This document shows positions 43,900 to 52,095 of a stretch of DNA of 52,095 nt, piece after piece (position 1 is the first letter of the stretch; the number at the start of each line of letters is the position of its first letter). A model generated the notes under the pieces. The model was given only the letters and a program-made list of their open reading frames with translations, searched no databases and had not been told where the DNA came from. Source of the DNA: Clostridiales bacterium (GTDB taxonomy: Bacteria > Bacillota > Clostridia > Oscillospirales > Acutalibacteraceae). The stretch spans positions 1 to 52,095 of the forward strand of contig DUMT01000056.1 in NCBI GenBank assembly GCA_012839705.1, read 5' to 3'. The position numbers were made by a program, and so were the translations under genes.

Positions 43900-45198
43900 T
43901 TAGATTTTACGCTTGTCGATGACCCTCTTTGCCTTGCCCTCAGAACGGGGAAGGGTGCCGGGTTCAACAAGCCTTACCCTGGCGCTGACACCTAATGTGC
44001 TTTGCAGGGCGTTTTCAATCCTCTTCTCCGTCGCCTCTATGTCCTTGACTGTATCCGAGAACAGCTGGGAATTCATCTCCACCTGTACTTCCATGGTGTC
44101 AAGGTTATGTACCCTGTCGACCACAATCAGGTAGTTGGGGTCCATTCCAAGCTCAAGAAGCACATGCTCAACCTGGGAGGGGAATACGTTTACGCCGCGG
44201 ATTATCAGCATATCGTCGGTTCTGCCGCGGGGTTTGGTCATCCTTACAAAGGTGCGCCCGCAGGGGCACTGCTCGCGGACAAGGGCGCATATATCCCTTG
44301 TGCGGTAGCGGATAAGCGGCAGCGCTTCCTTGCCAATGCAGGTGAACACAAGCTCGCCGTATTCGCCGTCCGGCAATGGCTCGCCAGTATCGGGGTCTAT
44401 TACTTCGGGATAGAAATAATCCTCACAGATATGCATGCCGTTCTGGTATTCGCATTCATAAGATACGCCCGGGCCGGTGATTTCGGAAAGCCCGTAGATG
44501 TCATAGGCCTTAATATCCAGCAGCTTTTCAATTTCCCTGCGCATGTTGTCGGTCCAGGGCTCAGCGCCGAAAATGCCTGCCCTTACTTTTAGGGTTTTCG
44601 GGTCGATTCCCATATCCCTGATGGTCTCGCCGATATACATCGCATAGGAAGGGGTGCAGCACAGAATGTCAGAGCCGAAATCCTGCAAAATCTGCACCTG
44701 CCTTTGGGTATTGCCCGAGGATACGGGTATTGCCGTCGCGCCAAGTTTTTCCGCGCCGTAGTGCAAACCGAGCCCTCCGGTAAACAGCCCGTAGCCATAG
44801 GAAATATGTATAAAGTCGTTTTTGGTGCCGCCGGCGGCGACTATAGCCCTTGCGGTGCACTGGGACCAAATCTCAATATCGTTTGCGGTATATCCCACAA
44901 CTGTCTGCTTTCCGGTGGTACCGGAGGAAGCATGGATACGCACCAGTTCGCCGGGCTCAACTGCGAACAGGCCGTAAGGATAATTGTTGCGCAGGTCGTC
45001 CTTAACCGTAAAGGGCAGCTTTACGACATCGTCAATTGAGCGTATGTCGTCCGGAGTAATGCCAGCTTCGTCTAGCTTTTTTCTGTAAAACGGCACTTTG
45101 TTGTAGGCGATATTGACCATTTTAATTAGCCGCGCAGACTGCAATGCATGCAGGTAATTGCGGGACGCACATTCAATTTCCGGCTGATAATACGGCAT
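43900..45198 (-). CDS. paaK: Phenylacetate-CoA ligase family (PaaK-like aryl-acid AMP-forming CoA ligase), copy 1
   Basis: [22 protein letters not shown] and [17 protein letters not shown]. The ATG at 45198 follows AGGAGGAGAA. The 72-codon upstream extension in the track was rejected. Confidence 0.85.
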   Translation of the reverse strand: MPYYQPEIECASRNYLHALQSARLIKMVNIAYNKVPFYRKKLDEAGITPDDIRSIDDVVKLPFTVKDDLRNNYPYGLFAVEPGELVRIHASSGTTGKQTVVGYTANDIEIWSQCTARAIVAAGGTKNDFIHISYGYGLFTGGLGLHYGAEKLGATAIPVSSGNTQRQVQILQDFGSDILCCTPSYAMYIGETIRDMGIDPKTLKVRAGIFGAEPWTDNMRREIEKLLDIKAYDIYGLSEITGPGVSYECEYQNGMHICEDYFYPEVIDPDTGEPLPDGEYGELVFTCIGKEALPLIRYRTRDICALVREQCPCGRTFVRMTKPRGRTDDMLIIRGVNVFPSQVEHVLLELGMDPNYLIVVDRVHNLDTMEVQVEMNSQLFSDTVKDIEATEKRIENALQSTLGVSARVRLVEPGTLPRSEGKAKRVIDKRKI

Positions 45199-45241
45199 AT
45201 TTCTCCTCCTTAAAATAATCTTCTGAATATTGATAATTTTT

Positions 45242-45817
45242 TTATTTTGCTGCATAACCCAGCTCAAAAGCCTTTTCGTTGATTTCCACCGTTTTCTTCG
45301 GCACAGTGCTGCATACAATCCGTTTCCAGGTTTCCTTGTCAAACCCGAGGAAGTGGGCGGCAACCCCCAGCAGCACAACATTGGTGGATTTTGCCGAGCC
45401 TGCCTCCTCGGCAAGCTTCAGGGCGTCAACCTCAATAACCTTAACTCCCTTTGCCCTGATGTCCTCGAGTATATTCTCGGGATATTCGGCTTTGCCCATA
45501 ATAACGGGCATCGGGTCGATTTTCTGGGTGCTTGAAATCAATATCCCGTCCGGCTTAAGGTATGGCAGCCAGCGGGCAGCCTCCAGCTGCTCAAAGGCAA
45601 TTATGATATCCGCCTCTCCCTTGTCAATCAGCGGCGAGTAGACCTTATCACCGTACCTTACATAGGTTACAACCGAGCCGCCGCGCTGGGACATTCCGTG
45701 AACCTCGCTGACCTTGACGTCGTAACCCTTCTCAATAAACGCGTTACCCATTATTCTAGAGGCAAGCAGGGTACCCTGCCCGCCGACACCGACTATAATT
45801 ATATTTTTTACCGACAT
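45242..45817 (-). CDS. iorB: Indolepyruvate:ferredoxin oxidoreductase subunit beta
   Basis: [20 protein letters not shown] and about 190 aa. The ATG at 45817 overlaps the iorA stop by 4 nt and follows AGGGAGGG. Confidence 0.85.
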   Translation of the reverse strand: MSVKNIIIVGVGGQGTLLASRIMGNAFIEKGYDVKVSEVHGMSQRGGSVVTYVRYGDKVYSPLIDKGEADIIIAFEQLEAARWLPYLKPDGILISSTQKIDPMPVIMGKAEYPENILEDIRAKGVKVIEVDALKLAEEAGSAKSTNVVLLGVAAHFLGFDKETWKRIVCSTVPKKTVEINEKAFELGYAAK

Positions 45818-45819
45818 GG

Positions 45820-47577
45820 TTATTTGCCCTCCCTGAATCCGATGGCGCCAAAGGCGCAGAGCTTTGCACAGATTTCGCAGCCGACGCACTGGTTTGGATC
45901 AATAATCGCGTTGCCCCTGCCTTTGTTGGCTTCTCCCCTGACCGAGATTGCAGGGCAACCGGCTTTAAGGCAGCTCTTGCAGCCTGTGCATTTCTCCGTG
46001 TCAACAACCATGGCGGGGTTGTGTTTTACTGTTTTCAGCAGCGCACAGGGGCGGCGTGCAATAATCAGGGATGGCTCCTCAGAGGCAAGCTCCGCTTCCA
46101 CCGCCTTGCGGGTGCCCTCGATGTCAAAGGGGTCCACCACCACAACCCTGTTTATACCCACAGCCTTAGCCAGGGCTTCAAGATTAACCGAAACCGTCGG
46201 GTCGCCTTTGATGGTCAGCCCGTTGGCAGGGTTATTCTGGTGCCCGGTCATGCCTGTAATGGAGTTATCCAGTACAATAACAGTTGAAATGCCTTTGTTA
46301 TAGGCTATATTAATCAGCCCTGTGATACCTGAGTGGATAAAGGTAGAGTCACCGACAACAGCCACCGATTTTTTAGCCTGTTCGCTCCCCCGGGCGACGT
46401 TGAACCCGTGGAGCCCGCTGACAGAAGCTCCCATGCATACGCAGGTATCCATCATGGCAAGGGGCGCCTGGGCGCCAAGGGTGTAACAGCCGATATCGCC
46501 GCTGACATAGAGTTTCAAATTCCTGAGAGCCACAAACAGCCCGCGGTGGGGGCATCCGGCGCAAAGCACCGGCGGGCGGGGCGGAACCGGCTTGTCATAT
46601 TCCACGCCGGAAAGCTTCTCCCCAAGTATTTCCTGCCTGACAATGGACTGGGAGAATTCGCCGCATACCGGAAAAATCTCCTTGCCGATTACATTGATGC
46701 CGTGCTTTTTACAATGGGTTTCGATTATATCGTCAAGCTCCTCGACCACATAAAGCTTATCCACCTTGCCCGCAAATTCTTTGAGGGAATCCACCGGCAA
46801 CGGGTAAACCATGCCGAGCTTGAAATAGCTTGCCCGTTCCCCTAAAGCTTCCCGGGCATACTGGTATGTAGAGCCGGCGCATATAACGCCGATAGAGGTG
46901 TCGTTGTATTCAACCCTGTTGATGCCCGAGGTTTCAGCCCACACCCGGATAGCTTCGTTGCGCTTTTCCACCTCAACATGTCGAAGTCTCGCCATGGCGG
47001 GCATCATAACATTTTTCATGACATCCTTTTTGTATTCCTTAACCGGATGCTCCTCCCTGGGGGAGAGCTCTACCAAGGAGCGTCCGTGGGAAATCCTTGT
47101 TGACAGCCTTAACAAAAAGGGGACATCGAATTTTTCGGAAAGCTCAAAAGCGAGCTTTGTGTATTCAAGGCACTCAGCCGAATCGCTGGGCTCCAGCATT
47201 GGTGTTTTTGAAGCCATGGCGTGGTGCCGGGAATCCTGCTCGTTCTGGGATGAGTGCATCCCCGGGTCATCGGCAACAGCGCAAACCATTCCGCCGTTGA
47301 CCCCGATATATGACGCGGTATAAAGCGGGTCTGCCGCCACATTCAGCCCCACGTGCTTCATGGCGCAAAAGCTTCGTGCTCCCCCGGTTGCTGCGCCGAA
47401 AGCCACTTCAAAGGCCACCTTTTCATTCGGCGCCCATTCGGTGTAGATTTCATCATACTGCGTTGCGTATTCTGTGATTTCTGTACTGGGTGTACCAGGA
47501 TAGGAGGACACGACGGTAACTCCAGCCTCATACAACCCTCTGGCAACAGCCTCGTTGCCAAGCATAAGGGATTTCAT
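45820..47577 (-). CDS. iorA: Indolepyruvate:ferredoxin oxidoreductase subunit alpha
   Basis: LMLGNEAVARGLYEAGVTVVSSYPGTPSTEI, a TPP-binding region, and two C-terminal 4Fe-4S motifs (CTGCKSCLKAGCP; CVGCEICAKLC). Confidence 0.9.
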   Translation of the reverse strand: MKSLMLGNEAVARGLYEAGVTVVSSYPGTPSTEITEYATQYDEIYTEWAPNEKVAFEVAFGAATGGARSFCAMKHVGLNVAADPLYTASYIGVNGGMVCAVADDPGMHSSQNEQDSRHHAMASKTPMLEPSDSAECLEYTKLAFELSEKFDVPFLLRLSTRISHGRSLVELSPREEHPVKEYKKDVMKNVMMPAMARLRHVEVEKRNEAIRVWAETSGINRVEYNDTSIGVICAGSTYQYAREALGERASYFKLGMVYPLPVDSLKEFAGKVDKLYVVEELDDIIETHCKKHGINVIGKEIFPVCGEFSQSIVRQEILGEKLSGVEYDKPVPPRPPVLCAGCPHRGLFVALRNLKLYVSGDIGCYTLGAQAPLAMMDTCVCMGASVSGLHGFNVARGSEQAKKSVAVVGDSTFIHSGITGLINIAYNKGISTVIVLDNSITGMTGHQNNPANGLTIKGDPTVSVNLEALAKAVGINRVVVVDPFDIEGTRKAVEAELASEEPSLIIARRPCALLKTVKHNPAMVVDTEKCTGCKSCLKAGCPAISVRGEANKGRGNAIIDPNQCVGCEICAKLCAFGAIGFREGK

Positions 47578-47659
47578 TAAAAGAACCTTCTTTCTGTATC
47601 ATCAAGTATTTACAGCGTTTAATTTTGTTATATAACCAAATCCCCAAAAAGGGGAAAGA

Positions 47660-48976
47660 TTATTTCCTTAAATCAACAACCCTTTGGGCTTTCCCTGTGA
47701 ACCTTTCAATTGACTTCGGCTCCACAAGGCTTACATCAATTTCAATGCCCAGTATGGATTTAATCCTGTCATGCACACGCTTTTGCAATGCCTCAAGCTC
47801 TGCGTAGCGCTCCAGCAGGGAGCCGTCTATAACCTCAACGCGAACTTCCAGGGTATCGGTGTAATTCCTGCGGCGCACCACCAGCTGGTAATGGGGGCCG
47901 ATTTCATTAATCCCAATCAGCGCGCTTTCCACCTGGGAGGGGAATACGTTGACCCCGCGGATTATCAGCATATCGTCGCTGCGGCCGATAATCTTGTGCA
48001 TCCGGGCGGTAGTCCTACCGCATTTGCAAGCCTCATAGTCGATTTTTGTAATATCCTTGGTCCTGTACCTGAGCATCGGGATACCCCTCTTTGTAAGGGC
48101 GGTAACCACCAGCTCGCCGGTTTCTCCCTTATCGAGCACCTCAAGGGTGTCGGGGTCGATAACCTCGCACAGGAAGTGGTCCTCATTTATATGTAACCCG
48201 CACCTTTCGGTACATTCGCCGGATAATCCGGGGCCGTTAAGCTCCGACATGCCGTAGTTGTCGGTGACAAAGAAACCGTTGCCCCAGGCTTTTTCAATCT
48301 GATCCCTCAGTTCGGGGGTACATCCCTCGCTGCCCAGCAGCCCCAGCCTAACCTTATATAAATCCATGGGGAATTCACCGGATTTTTCCCTTGCAGCCTC
48401 GGCAAGATACATGCAGTAGGAAGGGGTGGCAACAATAGTGTTGGTACCGAAATCCCTCATGAATTTAAGCTGCTTTTCTGTATTGCCGGAGGAAGTGGGG
48501 ACAATTGTTGCCCCAATCTTCTCAAGCCCGTAATGCAGCCCCAGGGCGCCTGTAAACATTCCGTATCCGAAACAGATCTGGACGATTGATTCTTCGCTGG
48601 CACCTGCGGCAACCACGATACGGGCCACCTGTTCCGTCCAGTGCTCCATATCCTCCCTGGTATATCCCACCACCGTCGGGTTACCCGTGGTACCGGACGA
48701 CGCATGGATGCGGACAATATCCTTCATGGGAACGCTGAATAACCCGAAAGGATAGTTGTCCCTCAGGTCGTCCTTTGTGGTATAGGGTATGTACTGAATA
48801 TCGGACAACTGCTTAATCTTGTCCCCCGTAACCCCTGCAGCCCTGAGCCGCTTGTGATAAAACTCAACATTGCGGTCACAATAGTCCACCAGCGCTTTCA
48901 ATCGTTCAAGCTGCAATTCCTCCAGCTCGCGGCGGGACATACATTCCATTTCAGGATTCCAAATACGGTTTTTCAC
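47660..48976 (-). CDS. paaK: Phenylacetate-CoA ligase family (PaaK-like), copy 2 (divergent paralog)
   Basis: [40 protein letters not shown] and [20 protein letters not shown] start at 48976. Confidence 0.85.
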   Translation of the reverse strand: MKNRIWNPEMECMSRRELEELQLERLKALVDYCDRNVEFYHKRLRAAGVTGDKIKQLSDIQYIPYTTKDDLRDNYPFGLFSVPMKDIVRIHASSGTTGNPTVVGYTREDMEHWTEQVARIVVAAGASEESIVQICFGYGMFTGALGLHYGLEKIGATIVPTSSGNTEKQLKFMRDFGTNTIVATPSYCMYLAEAAREKSGEFPMDLYKVRLGLLGSEGCTPELRDQIEKAWGNGFFVTDNYGMSELNGPGLSGECTERCGLHINEDHFLCEVIDPDTLEVLDKGETGELVVTALTKRGIPMLRYRTKDITKIDYEACKCGRTTARMHKIIGRSDDMLIIRGVNVFPSQVESALIGINEIGPHYQLVVRRRNYTDTLEVRVEVIDGSLLERYAELEALQKRVHDRIKSILGIEIDVSLVEPKSIERFTGKAQRVVDLRK

Positions 48977-49044
48977 AACAATTACGACCTTTCCAACTGA
49001 ATTTCCCTAAATTTTGTATAATCAACTGCTTTTGCCCTTTATCG

Positions 49045-49068
49045 CTTTAAACTAAATACACTTTAAAT
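49045..49068. promoter_or_regulatory. Two CTTTAAA(C/T) boxes upstream of the paaK/ior operon (candidate operator)
   Basis: CTTTAAAC (49045-49052) and CTTTAAAT (49061-49068). The 11-mer TACACTTTAAA (49057-49067) is identical to 50792-50802. Confidence 0.35.
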
Positions 49069-49120
49069 CATTTTACTAACTTTTAATTCAATTGTAAAGA
49101 GTTATCAGTTTTTTCTTCCA

Positions 49121-49162
49121 AAATAAAAAGATTCTCAGGATTATTGCAAACCTGAGAATCTT
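49121..49162 (-). terminator. Rho-independent terminator of the upstream symporter gene
   Basis: 12-bp perfect stem AAGATTCTCAGG (49128-49139) / CCTGAGAATCTT (49151-49162), followed on the minus strand by TTTTTATTTT. Confidence 0.8.
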
Positions 49163-49185
49163 TTGAAATCTTCAGATTAAAGCCT

Positions 49186-50718
49186 TTATACTGAAGCCGG
49201 TGCTGCTTCCTGGGCGGGTTCTATTTCATAAAATTTGTGGTTTGTGTCGCTGCCGGGAAGCTTTGCCGCTGCGAAAGCCTTGCTTACTACAGCGCACAGT
49301 GCAAATGAAAGCACCATGGCAAGGCAGGCGAAATGGGGCCCGAGGTTGGCTATTTTGTCAAGCCTGGGGATTTCTGCATCCGGGAAAAACAGCTTGCAGG
49401 TTACCGGAGGCAATGCAATAACGAAACCTCCAACCATTCCAGCCCATGCTCCGGCTCGGTTTAAATTCTTCCAGTACAGGGAGAGCAAATATGGCGCAAG
49501 GAAGCTTCCGCTTAAAATACCCCAGGAATACGACATCATGTCGAGGATGGGTGTTTTGCTGTTTGCGATAATGTAGGACAATACAACAAAGACGCCGCAA
49601 ACAACCTTGGTAACCACAGCAGCCCTTTCCGCGCTCATTTTCTGGAAAAGCCTTGCCTGGATAAAATCCATTGTAAGTGTTGAGGAAGCGGTAATGGTAA
49701 TGGCTGTCAGAGTGGAAACCGAGGCGGAAATCAGCAGAATCAGCACGATTCCCAGGAGTATATTCGGAATCCCGGCGCTTGACAGCATGTTGGGCACGAG
49801 GTAATCCCTTCCCTGCTCCGGCAGGGTGTCGAAGAACAGGTGTGACAGGGAACCAATAAAGTACCCGCCGCCCGCTATAACCAGTGAGAACACGGTTGAA
49901 ATAATCGTTCCGCGCTTTACTTCCTGGTCGTCACGGATTGCGTAATATTTATGAATCATCTGGGGAAGGCCCCATGTCCCGAAGGATGTCATAAGGATTG
50001 TGGCGGACAGGGCGAGGTAATGGTTCAAACCAAGATTCAGGGCTCTGGTTTCCTTTACGATGTTTGCAAGCCCATCGGCAAGCCCGCCCACCTGATTGCT
50101 GCGGACAACTGCCACAATCAGGACCAAAACGCCGACAAACATTACAATACCCTGCACAAAATCGGCCTTAAGGGTTGCCGCGTAGCCGCCAAGCACCAGT
50201 AGTAAAACCGCAGCAACGGCTATAACAATCATGGTCACCTTTTCATCAATTTTCAGCAAAACCGAGCATACGCTGGTAAGCCCTTTGTAAACTGAAGCCG
50301 AATAGGGCAGCAGGAAGATGAATATTACAGCCACTGCAAACCGTTTCATCCCCTGGCTTTCAAACCTTTTTTCAAAAAACTGGGGCATGGATTTTATATT
50401 CAGCCTCTGGGTAACCTCCCTGGTGCGGCGGGCCAGCACAATCCAGGCAAGCAAAGCGCCGAAAACCGCGTTTCCGACTCCCACCAAAACGCCCCAGATT
50501 CCGTAGCTCCATCCCGTGGAGCCTGCATAACCTATAAACATAACCGCCGAAAAATACGCAGTGCCATACGATAAGGCGGATACCCACGCCCCGGCATTGC
50601 GCCCGCCGACGGTAAAATTAGAGATGTTTTTGGTGCTGCGGGAATTCAGTATCCCTATCACCAGCATAAATACTATGTACACGCCGATAGTAGACCAAAT
50701 CACCAGTTCCTTCGTCAT
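49186..50718 (-). CDS. Sodium:solute symporter family transporter (PutP/PanF-like)
   Basis: 510 aa with about 13-14 TM helices. SSS-like N-terminal region (FTVGGRNAGAWVSALSYGTAYFSAVMFIGYAG). Confidence 0.8.
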   Translation of the reverse strand: MTKELVIWSTIGVYIVFMLVIGILNSRSTKNISNFTVGGRNAGAWVSALSYGTAYFSAVMFIGYAGSTGWSYGIWGVLVGVGNAVFGALLAWIVLARRTREVTQRLNIKSMPQFFEKRFESQGMKRFAVAVIFIFLLPYSASVYKGLTSVCSVLLKIDEKVTMIVIAVAAVLLLVLGGYAATLKADFVQGIVMFVGVLVLIVAVVRSNQVGGLADGLANIVKETRALNLGLNHYLALSATILMTSFGTWGLPQMIHKYYAIRDDQEVKRGTIISTVFSLVIAGGGYFIGSLSHLFFDTLPEQGRDYLVPNMLSSAGIPNILLGIVLILLISASVSTLTAITITASSTLTMDFIQARLFQKMSAERAAVVTKVVCGVFVVLSYIIANSKTPILDMMSYSWGILSGSFLAPYLLSLYWKNLNRAGAWAGMVGGFVIALPPVTCKLFFPDAEIPRLDKIANLGPHFACLAMVLSFALCAVVSKAFAAAKLPGSDTNHKFYEIEPAQEAAPASV

Positions 50719-50774
50719 GGCGAGTCCCCTTTCTCAACCTTGCAGCAAACACTTTGTTTTTATCGATTTAATCC

Positions 50775-50822
50775 GTAACGGTTTAAACTTTTACACTTTA
50801 AACTGTTACGGTTTAAAGTGTA
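50775..50822. repeat. Phased array of three (G/C)TTTAAA(C/G) palindromic boxes with an embedded 12-bp inverted repeat (candidate operator)
   Basis: GTTTAAAC (50781-50788), CTTTAAAC (50796-50803) and GTTTAAAG (50811-50818), with exact 15-bp spacing. Inverted repeat TACACTTTAAAC (50792-50803) / GTTTAAAGTGTA (50811-50822). Direct repeat GTAACGGTTTAAA / GTTACGGTTTAAA. Confidence 0.5.
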
Positions 50823-50895
50823 TATGTAACTATCCTACAAGATTTTTTTAAAAAAAGCAACAGCTTTTTTTAAAAATATTAATACAAAATAATGC

Positions 50896-50924
50896 TTGAT
50901 AATTGGAAAATTTTGCTATATACT
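50896..50924 (+). promoter_or_regulatory. Sigma-A promoter for the AraC-family gene
   Basis: TTGATA (50896-50901), 17-nt spacer, TATACT (50919-50924). Confidence 0.45.
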
Positions 50925-51087
50925 GGGGATATAGATATATCGCAATTTATCTAATTTGCTTGATCTGGTCAGGAGGTTATTTCAAGCATATACCGGTCGC
51001 CTGCGGGGATGACTGACATTTAATCACAGGCAGCCATATTGCTTTAACCCTCATGGTAAGATCTTCAAAGCAAAAGGATGTGATCCA

Positions 51088-51954
51088 ATGCCTCTTGAGC
51101 ATTTTTTGTGCCGGGCGGAAGAGTTTGGCCTGTTCTACAACCTGAATGAAAACTTTTCAGAACTTCAGTCAGGAGTCACCCAGATTATTCTTATTGAAAG
51201 CGGCTGTGCGCTTTTAAGCTATCTCAGCAAAAACCTTTTCATCCAATCCGGCATGATGTTGCTACGAAGTTCAAACACGGTATTCGATATAGTTTACAGC
51301 AAAAATTTATCAGCGTTGTCAATCTCCTTTAAACCCGAGCTTTTATTAGCAAATCACCCGGACTGCCCGCCTAATTTGAGTGCCGGGTTGCTTGACCCTT
51401 CCGGCCTTCTGGGCAGTTTGGTTTCAAGGGATGCGGAGATTCTGCCTTTAAACCCTCTAAACCGCGCCCGCTTAAAGAATCTGTTTATTGCCGCAATCGA
51501 CGAAATGATAAACGAAAAGGACAGTTTCTGGCTCATGCGAACCTCCTGCCTTCTAAAAGAGCTGCTGCTTTTAAGCTTTAGCACCTGCATACCTTTGGAC
51601 AACCGTGGCAATTCCCATGCAAATCTAGCAATGAAAACCCTGGATTTCGTGCATGAAAACTATAATAAAAAAATAACCGTCCACATGCTCTGCAAAATGT
51701 TTCATACCAATCATACCAGCATTTTGAAGGCTTTCAGGTCATATACCGGTACAACCATTGGCCAGTATATTCTTGACCTGCGCATAAATTTAGTATCAAA
51801 TGCACTGTTATTTACCGATTTGACGTTGGAAAAAATAGCCGAACAATACGGTTTTGGCCAGGTTTCTTATCTTTCCAGGGTGTTTCGCTCAAGGGTGGGC
51901 TTAGCACCCGGGCAGTTTAGAAGCCTGATTAGCGACAAAAAAATCATTGCTTAA
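51088..51954 (+). CDS. AraC family transcriptional regulator
   Basis: C-terminal double HTH (LDFVHENYNKKITVHMLCKMF...IAEQYGFGQVSYLSRVFRSRVGLAPGQFR). I do not recognise the N-terminal ligand domain. Confidence 0.85.
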   Translation: MPLEHFLCRAEEFGLFYNLNENFSELQSGVTQIILIESGCALLSYLSKNLFIQSGMMLLRSSNTVFDIVYSKNLSALSISFKPELLLANHPDCPPNLSAGLLDPSGLLGSLVSRDAEILPLNPLNRARLKNLFIAAIDEMINEKDSFWLMRTSCLLKELLLLSFSTCIPLDNRGNSHANLAMKTLDFVHENYNKKITVHMLCKMFHTNHTSILKAFRSYTGTTIGQYILDLRINLVSNALLFTDLTLEKIAEQYGFGQVSYLSRVFRSRVGLAPGQFRSLISDKKIIA

Positions 51955-52027
51955 AGCTCTTAAATTGCTGTGAGCAATTTAAGCCAGCCCGACTTTTGAA
52001 CCCATTACTCCATTAGCTTGCTGCTAA

Positions 52028-52088
52028 ACAGCGGCCCCGTGAAACGGCATCGCAGTTTTGCGGGGCCGCCGTATTGCTGTATTTTTTT
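52028..52088 (+). terminator. Possible terminator after the AraC gene
   Basis: GC-rich 9-bp stem GCGGCCCCG (52031-52039) / CGGGGCCGC (52061-52069) with a 21-nt loop. T7 lies at 52082-52088, 12 nt after the stem, so the geometry is non-ideal. Confidence 0.35.
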
Positions 52089-52095
52089 AAAATGG

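Noticed and set aside
45199-45414. 72-codon N-terminal extension of paaK copy 1 in the ORF track; similar 5' extensions at 15842-15973, 27742-27834, 42330-42488, 45818-45889 and 23931-23963
   Set aside because: The extensions overlap the upstream gene or intergenic promoter DNA and have no RBS. The canonical family N-terminus begins at an internal start with a good Shine-Dalgarno sequence.
50775-50880. Possibility that the TTTAAA-box array or the T7A7 tracts are a CRISPR array or mobile-element terminal repeat
   Set aside because: The repeats are only 8 bp long with 7-bp spacers. No cas, transposase or integrase genes are nearby, and the region is a divergent promoter spacer.
51959-51983. 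Perfect 11-bp hairpin CTTAAATTGCT-GTG-AGCAATTTAAG right after the AraC gene, considered as its terminator
   Set aside because: No U-run follows it, and the 3-nt loop is tight. It was kept only as an observation. The GC-rich hairpin at 52031-52069 plus T7 is the somewhat better, though still weak, terminator candidate.
1-52095. Scan of intergenic regions for tRNA, rRNA, tmRNA, T-box or common riboswitch signatures, and for mobile elements or defence systems
   Set aside because: No cloverleaf-like sequence, rRNA segment or conserved riboswitch core was recognised. No nuclease, helicase, TIR or SIR2-type defence genes, integrases or transposases were seen. This was a by-eye scan, so small RNAs cannot be excluded.

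Overview
This window looks like a chromosomal segment of an endospore-forming Firmicute (class Clostridia by gene content). It is densely packed, about 54 CDS, and mostly core or housekeeping. I recognised no rRNA, tRNA, CRISPR array, transposase, integrase or phage gene. In order, the window contains: a Gfo/Idh/MocA oxidoreductase, TcdA, MscS, an AlkA-like glycosylase, a tandem HD/HD-GYP protein and DUF1287; a GerA-family germinant receptor operon (A, C, B plus a small fourth membrane ORF); two small orphan genes; spoIIR and ispE; an Lrp-aminotransferase pair; a PHP phosphatase; an ACT/UPF0210 pair; two DUF4190-like membrane proteins; spoIIGA-sigE, followed by ccdA and a TlpA-like thioredoxin rather than sigG; a TasA-like/LRR secreted protein; rpsO-pnp; a livJHMGF-type operon; a YtrA-like GntR/ABC operon; a five-gene DRTGG / GHKL-ATPase / [FeFe]-hydrogenase-like / DRTGG / PHP cassette; pit-DUF47; capD; and a paaK-iorAB-paaK aryl-acid locus with two Na+/solute symporters and an AraC regulator. 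The ORF track uses alternative start codons, so several starts were re-picked from RBS context. The best candidate for an under-described system is the hydrogenase-like sensor cassette at 34.7-38.0 kb, which has no catalytic hydrogenase beside it. Secondary leads are a phased TTTAAA operator-like array shared by the symporter and paaK/ior promoters, structured rpsO and pnp leaders, and a spoIIG-type promoter with a 22-bp spacer and a Spo0A-box match. All family assignments come from motif recognition by eye, not from searches.
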